A DNA stretch of 64,000 bases from Methanomassiliicoccales archaeon. Its GTDB lineage: Archaea; Thermoplasmatota; Thermoplasmata; Methanomassiliicoccales; JACIVX01. Below the pieces are notes generated by a model. It did not search any database. It had not been told where the DNA came from and saw only the letters and a program-made list of their open reading frames with translations. This document shows, one piece after another, positions 30,414 to 39,887 of this stretch. The stretch is from assembly GCA_038850735.1 (NCBI GenBank), contig JAWCLO010000010.1:4117-68116 (forward strand), read 5' to 3'. A program made the translations under genes and the position numbers. Position 1 is the first letter of the stretch, and every line of letters begins with the position of its first letter.

Positions 30414-30449
30414 AATCTCCTGCCTCACGATACGCATTCCGTTCCCAAA

Positions 30450-31121
30450 CTACTTTTCTTTTTTCACTACTTTTTCTAGTTCGGTGACCCTGTGCTCTAA
30501 TTCTGCAATACTATTTGTGATTTGCATGAATGCATCAACTATAGGATCTGGCAATATATCATGTCTCAAATCAAGCTTTGTAACACCATCTTTTTTTACG
30601 ACCTTACCTGGTACACCTACTACGGTAGAATTCGGTGGCACATCCTTGACCACAACTGACCCTGCGCCGATTTTAACATTGTCACCAATTTTGATATTAC
30701 CAAGAATTGTGGCATTTGCACCTATCACGACATTATTCCCAATAGTTGGATGCCTTTTTCCCTTATCTGTGCTGACGCCACCAAGAGTAACTCCCTGGAA
30801 TATACACACGTTGTCACCAATTTCGGCAGTTTCACCGATAACCACCCCTGTTGCATGATCTATGAAAAAACCTTTTCCAATCTTGGCGCCAGGGTGGATG
30901 TCTGCACCTGTTAAAATTCTTGCAAAGTAATTAATAGCTCTTGCCAGTAAGTATTGACCTTTTTGATAGAATCTATGAGAAATTCTGTACAAGAAAAGAG
31001 CATGCAGGCCAGGACTAAATAGTAAAGCTTCCTTAAACGACTTGGGTGCAGGATCTCGCTCAAGGACTGTGTAAACGTCATCTTTCCAGTTCATAAAAAT
31101 GCGCTCATTCGAGAAACACAT
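30450..31121 (-). CDS. cysE: Serine O-acetyltransferase
   Basis: Left-handed beta-helix hexapeptide repeats with [26 protein letters not shown]. An alternative start lies at 31094. Confidence 0.9.
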   Translation of the reverse strand: MCFSNERIFMNWKDDVYTVLERDPAPKSFKEALLFSPGLHALFLYRISHRFYQKGQYLLARAINYFARILTGADIHPGAKIGKGFFIDHATGVVIGETAEIGDNVCIFQGVTLGGVSTDKGKRHPTIGNNVVIGANATILGNIKIGDNVKIGAGSVVVKDVPPNSTVVGVPGKVVKKDGVTKLDLRHDILPDPIVDAFMQITNSIAELEHRVTELEKVVKKEK

Positions 31122-32025
31122 TAGTACTCAAATATCTTTCTCCTGTATCTGGGAGAATTGTAACGACCTTTTTACCATCTCCAAGTTCCTTGGCCACCTC
31201 AAGTGCGCCAAACACAGCTGCTCCAGATGATATTCCAGCAAAGATCCCTTCTTCCTTCGCGAGCGCCCGTGTCATTAGCTTCGCATCAGAATTTTTTACA
31301 GCGATTACTTGATCGATAATTGAGAGATCAAGTATTTTCGGAACGAATCCAGCGCCAATTCCCTGAATCTCATGACCGCCTGGCCTCCCACCAGATAAAA
31401 CAGCTGAACTGAGCGGCTCGACGGCGACGATTTTTGTCTTGCCATTTCTTGCTTTTAGTACTTTTCCAACTCCAGTTATCGTTCCTCCTGTTCCCACGCC
31501 GGCGACAAAGGCATCTGGTGATGGTATATCCTCTAGTATCTCAATCGCCGTCGTCTTCATGTGAATTTCGGGATTTACAGGATTGTCAAATTGCTGCGGC
31601 ATAAAGCAATTGGGATTTGATTTACATATTTCCTTAGCACGTTCAATGGCTCCCATCATGCCTTCTGATGCGGGGGTGAGAACGATCTTTGCGCCAAAAG
31701 TTGCAAGCATTTTTCGTCTTTCAATGCTCATAGATTCAGGCATTGTAAGTATCAATTTGTAACCTTTTACAGCGCAAACCATAGCAAGCCCAATACCCGT
31801 GTTTCCAGATGTGGGCTCAACAACATAAGTGTCTTTATTAAGCAACCCTTTTTTTTCAGCATCTTCTATCATGGCTAATGCTATTCTATCTTTGATAGAT
31901 GACATTGGATTGAACGATTCGAGTTTGCAAAAGACCTCAGCTGATCCCTTCGGTACGAGACGATTCAATTTAACTATTGGCGTTTTTCCGATGGTTTCAA
32001 GTATAGTGTTGTAAATCATAGACAT
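31105..32025 (-). CDS. cysK: Cysteine synthase A (O-acetylserine sulfhydrylase)
   Basis: PLP-lysine motif NPMSSIKDR, with SGNTGIGLA and GTGGTITG. Confidence 0.92.
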   Translation of the reverse strand: MSMIYNTILETIGKTPIVKLNRLVPKGSAEVFCKLESFNPMSSIKDRIALAMIEDAEKKGLLNKDTYVVEPTSGNTGIGLAMVCAVKGYKLILTMPESMSIERRKMLATFGAKIVLTPASEGMMGAIERAKEICKSNPNCFMPQQFDNPVNPEIHMKTTAIEILEDIPSPDAFVAGVGTGGTITGVGKVLKARNGKTKIVAVEPLSSAVLSGGRPGGHEIQGIGAGFVPKILDLSIIDQVIAVKNSDAKLMTRALAKEEGIFAGISSGAAVFGALEVAKELGDGKKVVTILPDTGERYLSTNVFLE

Positions 32026-32203
32026 TCACCATTGTTAATGCTCCTTACTTTATGAATATTTTGAGTAATCAAATATTGGGGATATTAATCATGCAGTATG
32101 AACGTGGATCTAAAATGATTTCAAAATTGAATATGGATAGAGAATGAACTTAAAAAAAGGATAGATGGAGATCAATCACGCACATGTTGAGCTTTGAACT
32201 ATA

Positions 32204-32292
32204 TGGAGCCGGGATCGAGATTTGAACTCGAGTCTGCGGATATCTGCAACCGAGTGCTGCAGTCCGCCACATGGCCGCTCTGTCATCCCGGC
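32204..32292 (-). tRNA. tRNA-Cys (GCA) with a roughly 15-nt intron after position 37 and an encoded CCA
   Basis: Hand fold of the reverse complement GCCGGGAUGACAGAGCGGCCAUGUGGCGGACUGCAGCACUCGGUUGCAGAUAUCCGCAGACUCGAGUUCAAAUCUCGAUCCCGGCUCCA. The acceptor stem is 7 bp, the T arm is UCGAG/UUCAAAU/CUCGA, the anticodon stem is GCGGA/UCCGC enclosing 22 nt, the discriminator is U73, and the mature length is 74 nt. Confidence 0.85.
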
Positions 32293-32626
32293 GCAGCAAA
32301 GTAATCCTGTTATTGTTATTTCTATTTTATGCTCCTGGCCTTTGACATCGATTCCAGAAATCTTCGTGACAGATGCGGTTGAAGGTAAATGCATATGGGA
32401 ATATTTTGAAGATTTGAGAATCTTGTGTTTCTCTCAACTTGCATACGAAATTACTTAAATTGTTATTGTGTGCACGAAAATACTTTGTATGGCAAGAATT
32501 TTCAAAATAATCACGAAATGTTTTCACTCTCCCCATCTATTTTAGCATTCTATCATTTTTAATTTTCCATATTTCAAGATGACAAACCAAAAGATATCTC
32601 AATTCGGAAGGTGTTCGTGGTAATAC

Positions 32627-33484
32627 ATGATGCCTGATCATTGTAAAGAAGTATCGTTAAAGAAGGTTGGATTTCAACTTACTTCCGAAAATATCTCAAA
32701 GTATATTAAAGGTAAAAAAGCGTACATCAGAACAAGATATTACATTCTGGAAAACAACGATGAATATGCCGTCGTAGAGGTTGAAAAGAAGACAGGAAAT
32801 GATCTTTTTAGCGAGATCTTGGCTTACAAGATTATCTCTTTACCGAAAAACACTGTTTTTGTTGATGATTGCACGATCGACGTTAACAATCGTTCGCAGA
32901 TGTCAAGACTCTCTGAGCACTACGAAGGCATGACTGTTGTTGTCAAGGGTATGTTTAATCACGTGTCATTTGTAAAGGATGAAAGCCCTGTTGAGATTTA
33001 TGTTATAGACATAGTTCCTCCAAACCCGTCGAAGCTCCTTATCTTAGCAGAGAAAGCAGTGATGACAGGATTAATAGACATACCAGTATTGCTCAAACAC
33101 GAGGAAATTGACTTGGAAATCATTGGCAACAATACTCCAACTCAGGGAGTCATCTTTCCTTGTAAAGCGTCAGGAATTTCTTGTAATAAGGTAATTTACT
33201 TCCTTGACGATGAACCGGAAATTGACGTTGAATCAACGCTTGTTGGATGTGATTTATCGATGAGGATATTTAAGGAGCTATATGGCACTGAGATCAATTT
33301 TATCAACATATGTCCTAGAAATTACATCAAAACTAACGGGTGTTTTGTTTTGATCAAGTGCTGTAAAGTAAAGAAGGGATTTGAAATGAGGGGGAATGCA
33401 GCTGTCGTGCCCTGGGGCGCTACCCTCGAGGAGGTTGCAAAGGCTATGAGTGAACTCGCAGCCTTGGCGAGGAAGCGTTTATGA
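32627..33484 (+). CDS. Hypothetical Cys-rich protein
   Basis: A clean 285-aa ORF with protein-like composition and nine Cys residues, most in the C-terminal 110 aa. I recognise no family. Confidence 0.55.
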   Translation: MMPDHCKEVSLKKVGFQLTSENISKYIKGKKAYIRTRYYILENNDEYAVVEVEKKTGNDLFSEILAYKIISLPKNTVFVDDCTIDVNNRSQMSRLSEHYEGMTVVVKGMFNHVSFVKDESPVEIYVIDIVPPNPSKLLILAEKAVMTGLIDIPVLLKHEEIDLEIIGNNTPTQGVIFPCKASGISCNKVIYFLDDEPEIDVESTLVGCDLSMRIFKELYGTEINFINICPRNYIKTNGCFVLIKCCKVKKGFEMRGNAAVVPWGATLEEVAKAMSELAALARKRL

Positions 33485-33683
33485 ACAATCTTCAGCGTTC
33501 TTTACGATTGTATCAAAAGCACGTGATTCTTATTGAATCAATTTAAGGATACTAATTTGCCATTCAGTACACTTATGTGACGAAATATCATTAAAAAAAT
33601 AATTATCCTCCATAGATTATTCTAATGGCATGCCTCTAGATGCGGGTCTCATAGCCTTAAGTCCGTATAATGTCAGGTACGAT

Positions 33684-34811
33684 ATGGGCAAAATTATCAT
33701 TTATGATTCAACGCTTAGAGATGGAGAGCAAATGCCTGGTGTTGCATTTACAAGAGATCAAAAGGTTGAAATTGCAGCGCTCCTGGATGATGCCCACGTT
33801 CCTGAGATTGAAGCAGGCTTCCCAGCAGTATCGGAGTCTGAAAAAGACACGATAAAAGCAATATCTTCAATGGGTTTAAAAGCAAAAATCTTAGCACTAT
33901 CTAGATTGGTTAAGAAAGATATCGACGATGCTGTTGATGCAGGCGTAGATCTCGTTCTTCTGTTCATAGCAACGTCTGATATTCACTTAAAGTACAAGTT
34001 GAAGATGAGCAGGGAAGAGGTATTGTCTAAAGTCGCTGAAGCATTGGATTATTGCAAGGAAAGGGGTGTCATGGCAAGCATGAGCTCCGAAGATAGCATG
34101 AGAACTGATCTTGATTTCTTGATGGAATTTCTGCAAATTGCAGAGAATTGCGGGGCATCAAGACTCGGGCTAACGGATACGGTCGGCTGTGCTTCCCCGG
34201 AGGCGGTCTCTCATGTTGTGTCAGTCGTGGCAAAAAAGGTCAAGAAACCAATTTCCATCCATTTACACAACGATTTCGGTCTGGCGCTTGCAAATGCAAT
34301 TGCAGCCGTTAAAGCAGGGGCATCAGCTGTTACCACGACTGTTAATGGGATTGGGGAGAGATCTGGTAATGTTCCACTCGAGCAATTTGTCACCGTAATG
34401 AAATACCTATATGGATGTGATTTGGGTATAGACTGTACTAAGCTAAAAAAGCTCTCTGAGACTGTTGCCAGGTATTCTCGCTGCACACTTTCGCCCCATC
34501 ACCCTTTGGTTGGCGAGAATGCCTTTGCTCATGAATCGGGAATACACGTCGCCGCTATTCTCAGTTGTCCAATGACCTATGAATGTATCCCCCCCGAGAC
34601 CGTCGGAAATATGCGGCGATTGCTTATGGGAAAACATACTGGAATGAATTACATAAGAAAACGTCTGGAAGAGTTGGGTATAAGCACGGACGAAAAACAT
34701 GTTCATGCAATACTCCAGCATGTAAAGCGCTTGGGAGAAATGAAGGGACGAGTATCAGATGAAGAGTTCTTAGAAATAGTCAAAAAAGAAATAACCAACA
34801 TTAGAAAATAA
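33684..34811 (+). CDS. Homocitrate / citramalate / 2-isopropylmalate synthase family enzyme (short form without the LeuA regulatory domain)
   Basis: DSTLRDGEQ and HLHNDFGLALAN motifs. The start is taken at MGKIIIYDSTL. Confidence 0.85.
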   Translation: MGKIIIYDSTLRDGEQMPGVAFTRDQKVEIAALLDDAHVPEIEAGFPAVSESEKDTIKAISSMGLKAKILALSRLVKKDIDDAVDAGVDLVLLFIATSDIHLKYKLKMSREEVLSKVAEALDYCKERGVMASMSSEDSMRTDLDFLMEFLQIAENCGASRLGLTDTVGCASPEAVSHVVSVVAKKVKKPISIHLHNDFGLALANAIAAVKAGASAVTTTVNGIGERSGNVPLEQFVTVMKYLYGCDLGIDCTKLKKLSETVARYSRCTLSPHHPLVGENAFAHESGIHVAAILSCPMTYECIPPETVGNMRRLLMGKHTGMNYIRKRLEELGISTDEKHVHAILQHVKRLGEMKGRVSDEEFLEIVKKEITNIRK

Positions 34812-35583
34812 TCCTTTTTCCAGCCGAATCTCTCTTGAACTGCCCGAATTCTTTAAGCATGTTTAGATCTTTTTTATGAAAAACTGGTCCATCTTTACAT
34901 ACTTGCAACCCATTTATTGCGCATGAGCCACACAGACCAATTCCGCATTTCATATACCTTTCCAGGGACAACTGGCAATCAATACCTAATTCTTCGCTCA
35001 GTTTATACAACTTAAAAAGCATCATTTCGGGTCCACAGCCGTATATGCAGTCATATTTCTCACCTTGGACTAATTCCTTAGCCGCTTCTACTGCTGTCCC
35101 TTGAATTCCAAAGCTTCCATCATCGGTCGAGATTTCCAACTTTCTAACACATTCTTTTGCTCTGTCGATAAAAATCAATTCACTTTTTGTTTTTGCCCCC
35201 ATTACAAAATCAATAGTCTCCTTATCCATAACTTCCGCTGCTGGCAAAAGTGAGGCAGCGCCAATCCCACCCGCCACAAAAAGGGATCTTCCTCTAATAG
35301 GAGAAAATCCTTTGCCATATGGCCCCCTTACAGCAATTCGACTTCCGACTTCGAGAGAGGAAAGCTTTTTCGTCGCTGATCCAACAGTTTTTACGGTTAT
35401 TCCACAAAGCTCTCCAATGTACGAAAGTGACATAGGTATCTCATCGCATTCAGGTAACCATACCATCACGAACTGTCCTGGATGACAGCGTCTTTTGAAC
35501 TTGAATTTCAATGTTGTTATCAATTGCGTCTCTTTTCGTACTTCTTCAATTACTACTATTTCATGAAAACTCATGTGCAACAC
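34801..35583 (-). CDS. pyrK: Dihydroorotate dehydrogenase B electron-transfer subunit
   Basis: FAD/NAD-binding fold plus a C-terminal 2Fe-2S motif CGIGLCGSC. The start overlaps the pyrD stop. Confidence 0.88.
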   Translation of the reverse strand: MLHMSFHEIVVIEEVRKETQLITTLKFKFKRRCHPGQFVMVWLPECDEIPMSLSYIGELCGITVKTVGSATKKLSSLEVGSRIAVRGPYGKGFSPIRGRSLFVAGGIGAASLLPAAEVMDKETIDFVMGAKTKSELIFIDRAKECVRKLEISTDDGSFGIQGTAVEAAKELVQGEKYDCIYGCGPEMMLFKLYKLSEELGIDCQLSLERYMKCGIGLCGSCAINGLQVCKDGPVFHKKDLNMLKEFGQFKRDSAGKRIIF

Positions 35584-36475
35584 CAGTTATTTCTGAAATC
35601 GTGGTATAGCCTTCCCTTTTCATATAGCGCCGAAGTCCATTTATTATCTGCCTGAACACATTTAATCCCTTCTTGCCTACAGCACTTCCTATCTGAATTG
35701 CAGTGGCCCCCGCCATTATGTATTCAACTGCATCCTTCCAATTTTCTATACCACCAACGCCTATAATCGGAATGTGAATATTTTCATAAAGTTCATAGAC
35801 GCATCGGATTCCAATCGGTTTAATTGCTTTCCCAGAAAGACCACCGTATAAATTCGCCAGAATAGGTCTCTTAAAATCAATTGAGATTACCATCGCTTTT
35901 AATGTGTTGATCGCGACGACACCATCGCCGCCCGCTCTTTCCACGGTCTTTGCAATGTCAGTAATTCTATCAGTATTGGGAGTCAATTTTGTAAACACGG
36001 GAATATTCACCGAGTTTTTGACCTTCCTCACGATACTATAAACAGCGTCTGCATCAATGCCGAGTTCCATGCCGTATCCTTTTGCATGGGGGCAGCTTAA
36101 GTTCAGCTCTAGCGCCGCCACTCCCATTGCCTCCATTCTCGTGCCCAAGAATGCGAATTCATCTGGATTTGTTCCGTAAATACTACCTACAATGGGTACG
36201 CGACTCGGAAAAGCATCTTCAAGCTCTTTCTCAAATTCGTCAATGCCAGGGTTTGGTAATCCCATCGCGTTAATGTATCCAAAACCTAAATCCACCAAAG
36301 TAGGATTAGGATATCCTTCCCGCGGCAGAATTCCTATCGACTTAGTTACAACCGCTCCAGCGCCAGACAGAGCTGCAAGTCTTATCATGCCAGCATTTTC
36401 TGCCAGTATGCCCGAAGCCAACATAGTTGGATTTTCGAGAGAAAGTGCGCCTAATTTAACGTCTAGTGATACCAT
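35561..36475 (-). CDS. pyrD: Dihydroorotate dehydrogenase, class 1B catalytic subunit
   Basis: ELNLSCPH, GGLSGKAIKPI and IGVGGI motifs. Confidence 0.92.
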   Translation of the reverse strand: MVSLDVKLGALSLENPTMLASGILAENAGMIRLAALSGAGAVVTKSIGILPREGYPNPTLVDLGFGYINAMGLPNPGIDEFEKELEDAFPSRVPIVGSIYGTNPDEFAFLGTRMEAMGVAALELNLSCPHAKGYGMELGIDADAVYSIVRKVKNSVNIPVFTKLTPNTDRITDIAKTVERAGGDGVVAINTLKAMVISIDFKRPILANLYGGLSGKAIKPIGIRCVYELYENIHIPIIGVGGIENWKDAVEYIMAGATAIQIGSAVGKKGLNVFRQIINGLRRYMKREGYTTISEITGVAHEFS

Positions 36476-36580
36476 TGCAGTATGTCATACCATTTCGCAA
36501 TATTAAAACGCCACGTTTCCAAAAGCCGTTCAATGTAGATAGAAATTAAGATAATTACAAAGTTTCTTACCGATTTAGAA

Positions 36581-37792
36581 ATGGATGCTTATAAAATAAG
36601 AAGAGACTTTCCGGTATTTTCCGGAGGAAGCGACGATCCCGTTTACCTCGACAATGCATGCCAGACTCTGCGGCCGAGACAGGTCATCAATGCCTCAAAT
36701 GAATATTATTACAGATTTCCAGCGTGCAGCGGGCGTAGTGTACACCACTTTGCAACGGAGGTATCGATTAGAGTGGAAGAATCGCGAGAGCGAATTGCAA
36801 AATTTATTGGCTGTCCTCATCCTAATGAAATTATTTTCACGAAAAATTGCACAGAAGCCTTAAATTTAGTGGCAAAGGGACTAAAATTGAAAAACGAAGA
36901 TATAGTGCTAATCAGTGATATAGAGCACAACAGTAACTATATTCCCTGGCTGCAACTTGAGCAGCAACGCGGGATCAAAAGAAAGATCATTCCAACGACA
37001 AGAGAGGGAATTTTTGACATCGAGGTCTTCAAAAATCTAATGTCTAGAAAGGTGAAAGTTGTCAGTTTTGCGCATGCTAATAATGTTACAGGGACAAGCA
37101 TCCCTGCGAAAGAAATCGCCGAAATCGCACATGACTATGGAGCCGTCGTGGTTTTTGATGGAGCACAGGCTGCCCCCCATATGCCTCTCAATATCACCGA
37201 GCTTGATGCAGATTTTTATGCTTTTTCTATGCACAAAATGCTTGGTCCAGCTGGTGTCGGTGTTCTTTTCGGAAAAGAAGAATTGCTGGAAAACTTAGAT
37301 CCCCTTGTGGTTGGAGGCGGATCTATTGATAGAGTAACAGCAAGCGAAGTTTACTATCTTTCCCTTCCTGAGAAGCTTGAATCTGGTTTACTGAATTATT
37401 CAGGGATAATAGGCTCGGGAGCAGCAATCGAATATCTTGAAAGGATTGGGATGGATGAAATCTGCAGTCACGTGCAGATGCTCAATCGTCATGTGACGGA
37501 AATTCTCAAGAATAATGATAGGATTGATATTATCGGTCCAGCGGACTACAAATTGCGGGGAAATATTTTTTCGTTCAATGTAAAGGGCCTCACTCCTCAT
37601 GATGTTGCGATGATTTTGGATCAAATGAAAGGAGTCATGGTAAGATCTGGCATGCACTGCTCGCATATCTTTTTCATCAATCGTCAAATTGATGGATGCG
37701 TTCGCGCATCATTTTATGTTTATAACACTGTTGAGGACTGTGAAATTCTTATCAAGACTTTGCAGCAAGCTATTCATCTTTTCTCGATCTGA
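36581..37792 (+). CDS. Class-V aminotransferase / cysteine desulfurase (SufS/Csd-like)
   Basis: PLP-lysine SMHKMLGPAGVG and catalytic-loop RSGMHCSH. Confidence 0.85.
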   Translation: MDAYKIRRDFPVFSGGSDDPVYLDNACQTLRPRQVINASNEYYYRFPACSGRSVHHFATEVSIRVEESRERIAKFIGCPHPNEIIFTKNCTEALNLVAKGLKLKNEDIVLISDIEHNSNYIPWLQLEQQRGIKRKIIPTTREGIFDIEVFKNLMSRKVKVVSFAHANNVTGTSIPAKEIAEIAHDYGAVVVFDGAQAAPHMPLNITELDADFYAFSMHKMLGPAGVGVLFGKEELLENLDPLVVGGGSIDRVTASEVYYLSLPEKLESGLLNYSGIIGSGAAIEYLERIGMDEICSHVQMLNRHVTEILKNNDRIDIIGPADYKLRGNIFSFNVKGLTPHDVAMILDQMKGVMVRSGMHCSHIFFINRQIDGCVRASFYVYNTVEDCEILIKTLQQAIHLFSI

Positions 37793-38217
37793 ACAATTAC
37801 GACGGTTCCATTGTCAGTAATTTCATTGCGAAGGTGCATGATATCTTCGCATCTGAACTCGATCCATTCGACCTCTGTGAGATTCCTGCTGCCATAATTC
37901 TCACCATCTCCATATAATTTGATATCTTGATGTAATCGAGATACGATTTGGATTTGCCTTAAAGTAATTTTGATGTAATCCTTCTTAATAATCAGAGCGC
38001 ACTCTGGATCAAAGAGCACGGAGCGCATTTCAATTATTTGCTCTACCTCTGGATACAATGCGACTGTCTTTATGCAGCTTTTAATTTCTTCGAGTGATTT
38101 CTCGAGTCTAGATTCTTCAGCTTTTTCATCAATCACATTAAAGGCGGAGAGAGAAATACCGAGAATGAGCATGCCGCAAGTTATGATCGCCAAACGTGAA
38201 AACAAGAATTCAATCAT
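37774..38217 (-). CDS. Small secreted or membrane-anchored protein, third gene of the pilin-like cassette
   Basis: N-terminal hydrophobic helix LAIITCGMLILGISLSAF. The start overlaps the upstream stop by 8 nt. No recognisable domain. Confidence 0.5.
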   Translation of the reverse strand: MIEFLFSRLAIITCGMLILGISLSAFNVIDEKAEESRLEKSLEEIKSCIKTVALYPEVEQIIEMRSVLFDPECALIIKKDYIKITLRQIQIVSRLHQDIKLYGDGENYGSRNLTEVEWIEFRCEDIMHLRNEITDNGTVVIVQIEKR

Positions 38218-38689
38218 CAGTTACCACCGCAATTTTTACAAAAATCTCTCCCTCAAATTCGATACATTCTAGACGAATCATCGTCTTTCCATTTTCAATC
38301 TTCAATGGATAGCCACTATCTGTTATAATGGGGATGGCAGGATTATCAATATACAGAGTTCCGCAATGATTACCCCCGATAAAGCACTTTATCTTATATG
38401 CTTCTCCGTCGCTCCTTCCGCCCCCCACCTCAAGCGCACAAGGCTCACCAAATGTCGTACTTCGGATTTCTATTACAACGGTTCTTACATTACCAAGACC
38501 AGATAAATAAGCAGACTGAGCTGAATTACGTATCTCAAAAGCTTGGCGGAGAAGGTCATTTTCTGTCACTAGATTATCGAAATATATGGCACTATTCATT
38601 ACAATGGGAATAGAAATTACCAAAAGGGAAAAAATTAAAAGTAGTTTCAATGGAAGTCCCTCGAGACCAGATCTATTGAGAGAGATCAT
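38210..38689 (-). CDS. Type-IV-pilin-like protein with a class III signal peptide
   Basis: N-terminus RSGLEGLPLKLLLIFSLLVISIPIV: a basic stretch, Gly, then a hydrophobic helix. It shares the G-(I/L)-EGLPL-x-L motif with the upstream gene. Confidence 0.6.
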   Translation of the reverse strand: MISLNRSGLEGLPLKLLLIFSLLVISIPIVMNSAIYFDNLVTENDLLRQAFEIRNSAQSAYLSGLGNVRTVVIEIRSTTFGEPCALEVGGGRSDGEAYKIKCFIGGNHCGTLYIDNPAIPIITDSGYPLKIENGKTMIRLECIEFEGEIFVKIAVVTDD

Positions 38690-38695
38690 ATTGTA

Positions 38696-39175
38696 TCACT
38701 CACATATGACTGGAATTGCAAGGCTCGTGTCGGTACCGTACCCGTTCTTTGCAATAGTCGCGGATACAAATGCGACCTTTGTTCCTTTCTGGCTCAAAGT
38801 TAGATTTTTGAATACCGCTTTACCACTGGGATCTGTGATGATATGTGGGGTCCTTCCGTCCTCCGTGGCAATGCTAGCTCCTTCAAGGACGATCGTCGCT
38901 CCTGGAATAGGATCACCGTTTTGGTCGAGAACTGTGATTGCAAGAGATATTCCCTTTCCCTCGTACACACCATTGCCGTCTTCATCTGCTAAGACAATTT
39001 CAGAAGGTGAGGCATAGACGGCCCCAATGCTCTTAGGAGTTTCGAGATTCGACATCCAACCAAGAATCACTGTCATCCCTATGCCAGCAATTGCCACCAT
39101 TATAATCAATTGTAGTGGAAGCCCCTCGATTCCTCCTCTTTTGTCTTTTGAAATCTTTTTTACTCTCAATTTCAT
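38696..39175 (-). CDS. Type-IV-pilin-like protein with a class III signal peptide and a CarboxypepD_reg-like beta-sandwich
   Basis: N-terminus KDKRGGIEGLPLQLIIMVAIAGIGMTVILGW, and downstream ITVLDQNGDPIPGATIVLEG...TDPSGKAVFKNL. Confidence 0.6.
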   Translation of the reverse strand: MKLRVKKISKDKRGGIEGLPLQLIIMVAIAGIGMTVILGWMSNLETPKSIGAVYASPSEIVLADEDGNGVYEGKGISLAITVLDQNGDPIPGATIVLEGASIATEDGRTPHIITDPSGKAVFKNLTLSQKGTKVAFVSATIAKNGYGTDTSLAIPVICE

Positions 39176-39239
39176 AGTAATTCCAAGGATTGATTCAAAA
39201 GGAAGAATATCACATGTGCGATTACGATTAATTTACCTT

Positions 39240-39266
39240 GCAAGTCATAGGCAAGTCATAGCATAG
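39240..39266. repeat. Tandem direct repeat, 2 x 11 bp (GCAAGTCATAG) plus a partial third copy, upstream of the pilin-like cassette
   Basis: Read directly: 39240-39250 equals 39251-39261, followed by CATAG. On the gene strand it sits immediately 5' of a TATA-like TAAATTAAT, about 65-90 nt before the ATG at 39175. Confidence 0.6.
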
Positions 39267-39308
39267 GAATTTAGTAATGAGCATCGCAATTCTTGCACAG
39301 TGAGAATT

Positions 39309-39887
39309 CTAAAGTCGATCAAACGTGCGCTCAGCAATGGTAATATACGTAGGGCCTTCAGGTTTCAATAATGATTTCTTTAGTCTCACAGCACGAATAG
39401 ATTCTCTGCCAAAATCCTCATAACGATGCTGAGCAATAATTTCCCTTAATTGATTAGATGAGATTATTTCTTTGGCTCTCGCAAGGGTCAAGTGGGGAGA
39501 GAATTCTCTTCTTTCCCTTTCGTAGCCTAATGATATTAATTCCTCATCAAGTCTGTTTGCAATAATGGAAATTATCGAAGAATCCTTAATCCCGATCCAA
39601 ATCACTCGTATTTTTCTTTCTGACGGAAATGCACCCATGCCTATTAGGGAAACTTCGAACGGACTAATTCCATCTGTCGCCTTTTCAATGATTTTCGTTA
39701 TTTTCGGAACGTCTGATTCTTCAGTATTACCCAAGAATTTTAATGTTATATGTAGGTTTTTTGCATCGACTAATTTCAAGGATGAATTAACACTTTTTAG
39801 CTCTTTTAATATACGATTAATGTTCTCGTTTTCGGAAATATCAATAGATATGAACCCCCTAAAGGTCGGCACAAGATTACCTCCCAA
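39309..39887 (-). CDS. thpR: RNA 2',3'-cyclic phosphodiesterase (2H phosphoesterase, LigT/ThpR family)
   Basis: Two H-x-T-x motifs: HITLKF and HLTLAR. Confidence 0.88.
   Translation of the reverse strand: MGGNLVPTFRGFISIDISENENINRILKELKSVNSSLKLVDAKNLHITLKFLGNTEESDVPKITKIIEKATDGISPFEVSLIGMGAFPSERKIRVIWIGIKDSSIISIIANRLDEELISLGYERERREFSPHLTLARAKEIISSNQLREIIAQHRYEDFGRESIRAVRLKKSLLKPEGPTYITIAERTFDRL

Noticed and set aside
30364-30858. Long antisense ORFs opposite well-supported genes. Examples are the 164-aa ORF opposite cysE, 2890-3372 and 3439-3939 opposite tpiA/fbp, 38586-39017 opposite the pilin-like genes, 11240-11629 opposite the LysE gene, and 20580-21172 opposite trm1/purA.
   Set aside because: Their products are low-complexity (Ser/Ile/Phe/Thr-rich) without motifs, and each lies fully inside a gene with clear family signatures on the other strand. 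This is typical of shadow ORFs.
32327-32536. A 69-aa minus-strand ORF with scattered Cys/His residues, just upstream of tRNA-Cys.
   Set aside because: Its composition (Phe/Asn/Lys/Arg-rich) is what AT-rich non-coding DNA yields, it overlaps another equally doubtful ORF on the plus strand, and I see no ribosome-binding site or motif.
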